NCBI RefSeq assembly: GCF_009914755.1
Contig: NC_060946.1
DNA: 64,000 bases
From: the human T2T-CHM13v2.0 reference genome, Homo sapiens
Reading direction: 5' to 3' (one strand)
Part shown: positions 1-10,200 of the stretch, in pieces
Layout of the letters: the number at the start of each line of letters is the position of its first letter
Numbering within the stretch: the first letter of the stretch is position 1
Translations under genes and position numbers: made by a program
Notes under the pieces: generated by a model
Seen by the model: only the letters and a program-made list of their open reading frames with translations
What the model was told of the DNA's origin: nothing
Database searches by the model: none

Positions 1-9
1 TGAAGATAT

Positions 10-26
10 TTCCTTTCTCACCATAG
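10..26 (+). promoter_or_regulatory. pJ-alpha / A-box-like motif of A-type monomers (also 348-364, 690-706, 1032-1048 in the first HOR)
   Basis: TTCCTTTCTCACCATAG, TTCCCTTTTCACCGTAG, TCCCTTTATCACCATGG and TTGCTTTTTCACCGTAG resemble TTCCTTTTYCACCRTAG and sit at the position homologous to the CENP-B box in alternate monomers. Confidence 0.8.
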
Positions 27-176
27 ACCTGAAAGCTGTCCTAATGTTCACTTCCAGATACTACAGAAAGAGTGTTTCAAAACTGCTGTATGAAAGGGAA
101 TGTTCAACTCTGTGACTTGAATGCACACATCACAAAGAAGTTTCTGAGGATGCTGCTGTCTACTTTTTATATGTAA

Positions 177-193
177 TCCCGTTTCCAACGAAA
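177..193 (-). promoter_or_regulatory. CENP-B box 1 of the HOR (recurs every 1364 bp)
   Basis: TCCCGTTTCCAACGAAA; reverse complement TTTCGTTGGAAACGGGA matches NTTCGNNNNANNCGGGN. Confidence 0.97.
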
Positions 194-518
194 TCCTCCA
201 AGCTATCCAAATATCCACTTGCAGATTCCACAGAAAGACTGTTTCAAAACTGCTCTGTCAATAGAAAGGTTCAACTCTGTTAGCTGCGTGCATATATCCC
301 AAAGAAGATTCTGAGATTGCTTCTGTCTAGTTTTTATGGGAAGATATTTCCCTTTTCACCGTAGGCGTCAAGGCGCTCCAAATGTCCACTTCCAGATACT
401 ACAAAAAGAGTGTTTCAAACCTACTCTGTGAAAGGGAATATTCAACTCTGTGACTTGAATGCACATATCACAAAGAAGTTTCTGATAATGCTTCTGTCGA
501 GATTTTATATGAAGATAT

Positions 519-535
519 TCCCGTTTCCAACGAAA
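519..535 (-). promoter_or_regulatory. CENP-B box 2 of the HOR (polymorphic across the array)
   Basis: TCCCGTTTCCAACGAAA here; reads TCCCGTTTCCAAAGAAA in 18 other HOR copies. Confidence 0.97.
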
Positions 536-860
536 TCCTGAAATCTATCCAAATATCCCCTCGCAGATTCTACAAAAAGAGTGTTTCAAAAATGCTCTGT
601 AAAAAGAAAGGTTCAACTCTGTTAGTTGAGTACACACATCACAAACAAGTTTCACAGAATGCTTCTTTCTAGCTTGTAGGGGAAGATATTCCCTTTATCA
701 CCATGGGCCTCCAAGCGTCCGAAACATCCACTTCCATATACTACAAAAAGAGCGTTTCAAACCTGCTCTATGAAAGGCAATGTTCAACTCTGTGACTTGA
801 AAGCAGACATCACAGAGCAGTTTCTGAGAATGCTTCTGTCTAGATTTTATAGGAAGATAT

Positions 861-877
861 TCCCGTTTCCAACGAAA
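861..877 (-). promoter_or_regulatory. CENP-B box 3 of the HOR
   Basis: TCCCGTTTCCAACGAAA, 342 bp after box 2. Confidence 0.97.
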
Positions 878-1202
878 TCTTCACATCTATCCAAATATCC
901 ACTTGCAGATTCTTCAAAAAGAGTGTATCAAAACTGCTCTGTCAAAAGGAAGGTTCTTCTCTGTTAGGTGAGTGCATACGTCATAAAGGAGTTTCTGGGA
1001 ATGTTTCTGTCTAGTGGTTATGGGAAGATATTTGCTTTTTCACCGTAGGCCTCAGAGCGCTCCAAATATCCACTTGCACATACTACAAAAAGAGTGCCTC
1101 AAAGCTGCTCTCTGAAACGGAATGTTCAACTCTATGAGTTGAATGCAAACATCACAAAGACGTTTCTGAGAATGCTTCTGTCTAGATTTGATATGAAGAT
1201 AT

Positions 1203-1219
1203 TCCCGTTTCCAACGAAA
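1203..1219 (-). promoter_or_regulatory. CENP-B box 4 of the HOR
   Basis: TCCCGTTTCCAACGAAA, 342 bp after box 3. Confidence 0.97.
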
Positions 1220-4200
1220 TCTTCAAATCTATCCAAATGTCCACTTGCATAATCAACAAAAAGTGTTTTTCAGAACTGCTCTATCAAAAGAAAGATCCAC
1301 CTCTGTTAGCTGAGTTCACACATCACAAACAAGTTTATGAGAATGCTTCTGTCTAGTTTTTATTTGAAGATATTTCCTTTCTCACCATAGACCTGAAAGC
1401 TGTCCTAATGTTCACTTCCAGATACTACAGAAAGAGTGTTTCAAAACTGCTGTACGAAAGGGAATGTTCAACTCTGTGACTTGAATGCACACATCACAAA
1501 GAAGTTTCTGAGGATGCTGCTGTCTACTTTTTATACGTAATCCCGTTTCCAACGAAATCCTCCAAGCTATCCAAATATCCACTTGCAGATTCCACAGAAA
1601 GACTGTTTCAAAACTGCTCTGTCAATAGAAAGGTTCAACTCTGTTAGCTGCGTGCATATATCCCAAAGAAGATTCTGAGATTGCTTCTGTCTAGTTTTTA
1701 TGGGAAGATATTTCCCTTTTCACCGTAGGCGTCAAGGCGCTCCAAATGTCCACTTCCAGATACTACAAAAAGAGTGTTTCAAACCTACTCTGTGAAAGGG
1801 AATATTCAACTCTGTGACTTGAATGCACATATCACAAAGAAGTTTCTGAGAATGCTTCTGTCGAGATTTTATATGAAGATGTTCCCGTTTCCAACGAAAT
1901 CCTGAAATCTATCCAAATATCACCTCGCAGATTCTACAAAAAGAGTGTTTCAAAACTGCTCTGTAAAAAGAAAGTTTCAACTCTGTTACTTGAGTACACA
2001 CATCACAAACAAGTTTCACAGAATGCTTCTTTCTAGCTTGTAGGGGAAGATATTCCCTTTATCACCATGGTCCTCAAACCGTCCGAAACGTCCACTTCCA
2101 TATACTACAAAAAGAGCGTTTCAAACCTGCTCTATGAAAGGCAATGTTCAACTCTGTGACTTGAATGCAGACATCACAGAGCAGTTTCTGAGAATGCTTC
2201 TGTCTAGATTTTATAGGAAGATATTCCCGTTTCCAACGAAATCTTCACAGCTATCCAAATATCCACTTGCAGATTCTACAAAAAGAGTGTATCAAAACTG
2301 CTCTGTCAAAAGGAAGGTTCTTCTCTGTTAGGTGAGTGCATACGTCATAAAGGAGTTTCTGAGAATGTTTCTGTCTAGTGGTTATGGGAAGATATTTGCT
2401 TTTTCACCGTAGGCCTCAGAGCGCTCCAAATATCCACTTGCACATACTACAAAAAGAGTGCCGCAAAGCTGCTCTCTGAAACGGAATGTTCAACTCTATG
2501 AGTTGAATGCAAACATCACAAAGACGTTTCTGAGAATGCTTCTGTCTAGATTTGATATGAAGATATTCCCGTTTCCAACGAAATCTTCAAATCTATCCAA
2601 ATGTCCACTTGCAGATTCAACAAAAAGTGTTTTTCAGAACTGCTCTATCAAAAGAAAGATCCACCTCTGTTAGCTGAGTTCACACATCACAAACAAGTTT
2701 ATGAGAATGCTTCTGTCTAGTTTTTATTTGAAGATATTTCCTTTCTCACCATAGACCTGAAAGCTGTCCTAATGTTCACTTCCAGATACTACAGAAAGAG
2801 TGTTTCAAAACTGCTGTATGAAAGGGAATGTTCAACTCTGTGACTTGAATGCACACATCACAAAGAAGTTTCTGAGGATGCTGCTGTCTACTTTTTATAT
2901 GTAATCCCGTTTCCAACGAAATCCTCCAAGCTATCCAAATATCCACTTGCAGATTCCACAGAAAGACTGTTTCAAAACTGCTCTGTCAATAGAAAGGTTC
3001 AACTCTGTTAGCTGCGTGCATATATCCCAAAGAAGATTCTGAGATTGCTTCTGTCTAGTTTTTATGGGAAGATATTTCCCTTTTCACCGTAGGCGTCAAG
3101 GCGCTCCAAATGTCCACTTCCAGATACTACAAAAAGAGTGTTTCAAACCTACTCTGTGAAAGGGAATATTCAACTCTGTGACTTGAATGCACATATCACA
3201 AAGAAGTTTCTGATAATGCTTCTGTCGAGATTTTATATGAAGATATTCCCGTTTCCAACGACATCCTGAAATCTATCCAAATATCCCCTCGCAGATTCTA
3301 CAAAAAGAGTGTTTCAAAACTGCTCTGTAAAAAGAAAGGTTCAACTCTGTTAGTTGAGTACACACATCACAAACAAGTTTCACAGAATGCTTCTTTCTAG
3401 CTTGCAGGGAAGATATTCCCTTTATCACCATGGGCCTCCAACCGTCCGAAACATCCACTTCCATATACTACAAAAAGAGCGTTTCAAACCTGCTCTATGA
3501 AAGGCAATGTTCAACTCTGTGACTTGAAAGCAGACATCACAGAGCAGTTTCTGAGAATGCTTCTGTCTAGATTTTATAGGAAGATATTCCCGTTTCCAAC
3601 GAAATCTTCACATCTATCCAAATATCCACTTGCAGATTCTACAAAAAGAGTGTATCAAAACTGCTCTGTCAAAAGGAAGGTTCTTCTCTGTTAGGTGAGT
3701 GCATACGTCATAAAGGAGTTTCTGAGAATGTTTCTGTCTAGTGGTTATGGGAAGATATTTGCTTTTTCCCCGTAGACCTCAGAGCGCTCCAAATGTCGAC
3801 TTGCACATGCTACAAAAAGAGTGCTTCAAAGCTGCTCTCTGAAAGGGAATGTTCAACTCTATGAGTTGAATGTAAACATCACAAAGACGTTTCTGAGAAT
3901 GCTTCTGTCTAGATTTGATATGAAGATATTCCCGTTTCCAACGAAATCTTCAAATCTATCCAAATGTCCACTTGCAGATTCAACAAAAAGTGTTTTTCAA
4001 AACTGCTGTATCAAAAGAAAGATCCACGTCTGTTAGCTGAGTTCACACATCACAAACAAGTTTATGAGAATGCTTCTGTCTAGTTTTTATTTGAAGATAT
4101 TTCCTTTCTCACCATAGACCTGAAAGCTGTCCTAATGTTCACTTCCAGATACTACAGAAAGAGTGTTTCAAAACTGCTGTACGAAAGGGAATGTTCAACT

Positions 4201-7200
4201 CTGTGACTTGAATGCACACATCACAAAGAAGTTTCTGAGGATGCTGCTGTCTACTTTTTATACGTAATCCCGTTTCCAACGAAATCCTCCAAGCTATCCA
4301 AATATCCACTTGCAGATTCCACAGAAAGACTGTTTCAAAACTGCTCTGTCAATAGAAAGGTTCAACTCTGTTAGCTGCGTGCATATATCCCAAAGAAGAT
4401 TTTGAGATTGCTTCTGTCTAGTTTTTATGGGAAGATATTTCCCTTTTCACCGTAGGTGTCAAGGCTCTCCAAATGTCCACTTCCAGATACTACAAAAAGA
4501 GTGTTTCAAACCTACTCTGTGAAAGGGAATATTCAACTCTGTGACTTTAATGCACATATCACAAAGAAGTTTCTGAGAATGCTTCTGTCGAGATTTTATA
4601 TGAAGATATTCCCGTTTCCAAAGAAATCCTGAAATCTATCCAAATATCCCCTCGCAGATTCTACAAAAAGAGTGTTTCAAAACTGCTCTGTAAAAAGAAA
4701 GGTTCAACTCTGTTAGTTGAGTACACACATCACAAACAAGTTTCACAGAATGCTTCTTTCTAGCTTGTAGGGGAAGATATTCCCTTTATCACCATGGGCC
4801 TCCAACCGTCCGAAACGTCCACTTTCATATACTACAAAAAGAGCGTTTCAAACCTGCACTAGGAAAGGCAATGTTCAACTCTGTGACTTGAATGCAGACA
4901 TCACAGAGCAGTTTCTGAGAATGCTTCTGTCTAGATTCTATAGGAAGATATTCCCGTTTCCAACGAAATCTTCACAGCTATCCAAATATCCACTTGCAGA
5001 TTCTACAAAAAGAGTGTATCAAAACTGCTCTGTCAAAAGGAAGGTTCTTCTCTGTTAGGTGAGTGCATACGTCATAAAGGAGTTTCTGAGAATGTTTCTG
5101 TCTAGTGGTTATGGGAAGATATTTGCTTTTTCACCGTAGGCCTCAGAGCGCTCCAAATATCCACTTGCACATACTACAAAAAGAGTGCCTCAAAGCTGCT
5201 CTCTGAAACGGAATGTTCAACTCTATGAGTTGAATGCAAACATCACAAAGACGTTTCTGAGAATGCTTCTGTCTAGATTTGATATGAAGATATTCCCGTT
5301 TCCAACGAAATCTTCAAATCTATCCAAATGTCCACTTGCAGATTCAACAAAAAGTGTTTTTCAGAACTGCTCTATCAAAAGAAAGATCCACCTCTGTTAG
5401 CTGAGTTCACACATCACAAACAAGTTTATGAGAATGCTTCTGTCTAGTTTTTATTTGAAGATATTTCCTTTCTCACCATAGACCTGAAAGCTGTCCTAAT
5501 GTTCACTTCCAGATACTACAGAAAGAGTGTTTCAAAACTGCTGTACGAAAGGGAATGTTCAACTCTGTGACTTGAATGCACACATCACAAAGAAGTTTCT
5601 GAGGATGCTGCTGTCTACTTTTTATACGTAATCCCGTTTCCAACGAAATCCTCCAAGCTATCCAAATATCCACTTGCAGATTCCACAGAAAGACTGTTTC
5701 AAAACTGCTCTGTCAATAGAAAGGTTCAACTCTGTTAGCTGCGTGCATATATCCCAAAGAAGATTCTGAGATTGCTTCTGTCTAGTTTTTATGGGAAGAT
5801 ATTTCCCTTTTCACCGTAGGCGTCAAGGCGCTCCAAATGTCCACTTCCAGATACTACAAAAAGAGTGTTTCAAACCTACTCTGTGAAAGGGAATATTCAA
5901 CTCTGTGACTTGAATGCAGATATCACAAAGAAGTTTCTGAGAATGCTTCTGTCGAGATTTTATATGAAGATATTCCCGGTTCCAACGAAATCCTGAAATC
6001 TATCCAAATATCCCCTCGCAGATTCTACAAAAAGAGTGTTTCAAAACTGTTCTGTAAAAAGAAAGGTTCAACTCTGTTAGTTGAGTACACACATCACAAA
6101 CAAGTATCACAGAATGCTTCTTTCTAGCTTGTAGGGAAAGAGATTCCCTTTATCACCATGGGCCTCAAACCGTCCGAAACGTCCACTTCCATATACTTCA
6201 AAAAGAGCGTTTCAAACCTGCTCTATGAAAGGCAATGTTCAACTCTGTGACTTGAATGCAGACATCACAGAGCTGTTTCTGAGAATGCTTCTATCTAGAT
6301 TTTATAGGATGATATTCCCGTTTCCAACGAAATCTTCACAGCTATCCAAATATCCACTTGCAGATTCTACAAAAAGAGTGTATCCAAACTGCTCTGGCAA
6401 AAGGAAGGTTCTTCTCTGTTAGGTGAGTGCATACGTCATAAAGGAGTTTCTGAGAATGTTTCTGTCTAGTGGTTATGGGAAGATATTTGCTTTTTCACCG
6501 TAGGCCTCAGAGCGCTCCAAATATCCACTTGCACATACTACAAAAAGAGTGCCTCAAAGCTGCTCTCTGAAATGGAATGTTCAACTCTATGAGTTGAATG
6601 CAAACATCACAAAGACGTTTCTGAGAATGCTTCTGTCTAGATTTGATATGAAGATATTCCCGTTTCCAACGAAATCTTCTAATCTATCCAAATGTCCACT
6701 TGCAGATTCAACAAAAAGTGTTTTTCAGAACTGCTCTATCAAAAGAAAGATCCACCTCTGTTAGCTGAGTTCACACATCCAAACAAGTTTATGAGAATGC
6801 TTCTGTCTAGTTTTTATTTGAAGATATTTCCTTTCTCACCATAGACCTGAAAGCTGTCCTAATGTTCACTTCCAGATACCACAGAAAGAGTGTTTAAAAA
6901 CTGCTGTACGAAAGGGAATGTTCAACTCTGTGACTTGAATGCACACATCACAAAGAAGTTTCTGAGGATGCTGCTGTCTACTTTTTATACGTAATCCCGT
7001 TTCCAACGAAATCCTCCAAGCTATCCAAATATCCACTTGCAGATTCCACAGAAAGACTGTTTCAAAACTGCTCTGTCAATAGAAAGGTTCAACTCTGTTA
7101 GCTGCGTGCATATATCCCAAAGAAGATTCTGAGATTGCTTCTGTCTAGTTTTTATGGGAAGATATTTCCCTTTTCACCGTAGGTGTCAAGGCGCTCCAAA

Positions 7201-10200
7201 TGTCCACTTCCAGATACTACAAAAAGAGTGTTTCAAACCTGCTCTGTGATAGGGAATATTCAACTCTGTGACTTTAATGCACATATCACAAAGAAGTTTC
7301 TGAGAATGCTTCTGTCGAGATTGTATATGAAGATATTCCCGTTTCCAAAGAAATCCTGAAATCTATCCAAATATCCCCTCGCAGATTCTACAAAAAGAGT
7401 GTTTCAAAACTGCTCTGTAAAAAGAAAGGTTCAACTCTGTTAGTTGAGTACACACATCACAAACAAGTTTCACAGAATGCTTCTTTCTAGCTTGTAGGGG
7501 AAGATATTCCCTTTATCACCATGGGCCTCCAACCGTCCGAAACGTCCACTTCCATATACTACAAAAAGAGCGTTTCAAACCTGCTCTAGGAAAGGCAATG
7601 TTCAACTCTGTGACTTGAATGCAGACATCACAGAGCAGTTTCTGAGAATGCTTCTGTCTAGATTTTATAGGAAGATATTCCCGTTTCCAACGAAATCTTC
7701 ACAGCTATCCAAATATCCACTTGCAGATTCTACAAAAAGAGTGTATCAAAACTGCTCTGTCAAAAGGAAGGTTCTTCTCTGTTAGGTGAGTGCATACGTC
7801 ATAAAGGAGTTTCTGAGAATGTTTCTGTCTAGTGGTTATGGGAAGATATTTGCTTTTTCCCCGTAGACCTCAGAGCGCTCCAAATGTCGACTTGCACATG
7901 CTACAAAAAGAGTGCCTCAAAGCTGCTCTTTGAAACGGAATGTTCAACTCTATGAGTTGAATGTAAACATCACAAAGACGTTTCTGAGAATGCTTCTGTC
8001 TAGATTTGATATGAAGATATTCCCGTTTCCAACGAAATCTTCAAATCTATCCAAATGTCCACTTGCAGATTCAACAAAAAGTGTTTTTCAAAACTGCTGT
8101 ATCAAAAGAAAGATCCACGTCTGTTAGCTGAGTTCACACATCACAAACAAGTTTATGAGAATGCTTCTGTCTAGTTTTTATTTGAAGATATTTCCTTTCT
8201 CACCATAGACCTGAAAGCTGTTCTAATGTTCACTTCCAGATACTACAGAAAGAGTGTTTCAAAACTGCTGTACGAAAGGGAATGTTCAACTCTGTGACTT
8301 GAATGCACACATCACAAAGAAGTTTCTGAGGATGCTGCTGTCTACTTTTTATACGTAATCCCGTTTCCAACGAAATCCTCCAAGCTATCCAAATATCCAC
8401 TTGCAGATTCCACAGAAAGACTGTTTCAAAACTGCTCTGTCAATAGAAAGGTTCAACTCTGTTAGCTGCGTGCATATATCGCAAAGAAGATTTTGAGATT
8501 GCTTCTGTCTAGTTTTTATGGGAAGATATTTCCCTTTTCACCGTAGGTGTCAAGGCTCTCCAAATGTCCACTTCCAGATACTACAAAAAGAGTGTTTCAA
8601 ACCTACTCTGTGAAAGGGAATATTCAACTCTGTGACTTTAATGCACATATCACAAAGAAGTTTCTGAGAATGCTTCTGTCGAGATTTTATATGAAGATAT
8701 TCCCGTTTCCAAAGAAATCCTGAAATCTATCCAAATATCCCCTCGCAGATTCTACAAAAAGAGTGTTTCAAAACTGCTCTGTAAAAAGAAAGGTTCAACT
8801 CTGTTAGTTGAGTACACACATCACAAACAAGTTTCACAGAATGCTTCTTTCTAGCTTGTAGGGAAAGATATTCCCTTTATCACCATGGGCCTCCAACCGT
8901 CCGAAACGTCCACTTCCATATACTACAAAAAGAGCGTTTCAAACCTGCTCTAGGAAAGGCAATGTTCAACTCTGTGACTTGAATGCAGACATCACAGAGC
9001 AGTTTCTGAGAATGCTTCTGTCTAGATTTTATAGGAAGATATTCCCGTTTCCAACGAAATCTTCACAGCTATCCAAATATCCACTTGCAGATTCTACAAA
9101 AAGAGTGTATCAAAACTGCTCTGTCAAAAGGAAGGTTCTTCTCTGTTAGGTGAGTGCATACGTCATAAAGGAGTTTCTGAGAATGTTTCTGTCTAGTGGT
9201 TATGGGAAGATATTTGCTTTTTCACCGTAGGCCTCAGAGCGCTCCAAATATCCACTTGCACATACTACAAAAAGAGTGCCTCAAAGCTGCTCTCTGAAAT
9301 GGAATGTTCAACTCTATGAGTTGAATGCAAACATCACAAAGACGTTTCTGAGAATGCTTCTGTCTAGATTTGATATGAAGATATTCCCGTTTCCAACGAA
9401 ATCTTCAAATCTATCCAAATGTCCACTTGCAGATTCAACAAAAAGTGTTTTTCAGAACTGCTCTATCAAAAGAAAGATCCACCTCTGTTAGCTGAGTTCA
9501 CACATCACAAACAAGTTTATGAGAATGCTTCTGTCTAGTTTTTATTTGAAGATATTTCCTTTCTCACCATAGACCTGAAAGCTGTCCTAATGTTCACTTC
9601 CAGATACTACAGAAAGAGTGTTTCAAAACTGCTGTACGAAAGGGAATGTTCAACTCTGTGACTTGAATGCACACATCACAAAGAAGTTTCTGAGGATGCT
9701 GCTGTCTACTTTTTATACGTAATCCCGTTTCCAACGAAATCCTCCAAGCTATCCAAATATCCACTTGCAGATTCCACAGAAAGACTGTTTCAAAACTGCT
9801 CTGTCAATAGAAAGGTTCAACTCTGTTAGCTGCGTGCATATATCCCAAAGAAGATTCTGAGATTGCTTCTGTCTAGTTTTTATGGGAAGATATTTCCCTT
9901 TTCACCGTAGGTGTCAAGGCGCTCCAAATGTCCACTTCCAGATACTACAAAAAGAGTGTTTCAAACCTGCTCTGTGATAGGGAATATTCAACTCTGTGAC
10001 TTTAATGCACATATCACAAAGAAGTTTCTGAGAATGCTTCTGTCGAGATTTTATATGAAGATATTCCCGTTTCCAAAGAAATCCTGAAATCTATCCAAAT
10101 ATCCCCTCGCAGATTCTACAAAAAGAGTGTTTCAAAACTGCTCTGTAAAAAGAAAGGTTCAACTCTGTTAGTTGAGTACACACATCACAAACAAGTTTCA

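Larger units (their letters stand above)
1..1364 (-). repeat. One representative HOR unit (8 monomers = 4 A/B dimers); likely SF2 chr14/22 family (D14Z9/D22Z1, S2C14/22H1L)
   Basis: CENP-B boxes at 177, 519, 861, 1203 and 1541 give spacings of 342, 342, 342 and 338, summing to 1364. Strict dimeric alternation and 8-mer length match the known chr14/22 HOR. The chromosome assignment is from recalled HOR size and structure, not an alignment; other SF2 8-mers (e.g. chr20-related) are not excluded. Confidence refers to the family assignment. Confidence 0.6.

Noticed and set aside
1-1364. Definite assignment to chr14 versus chr22
   Set aside because: The two chromosomes share a near-identical HOR, so chromosome-specific k-mers or alignment to T2T assemblies would be needed.
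3273-3464. Minus-strand 63-aa ORF (and the 66-aa ORF at 55936-56136)
   Set aside because: Each results from a private 1-bp deletion or SNV that removes a stop codon in satellite sequence.
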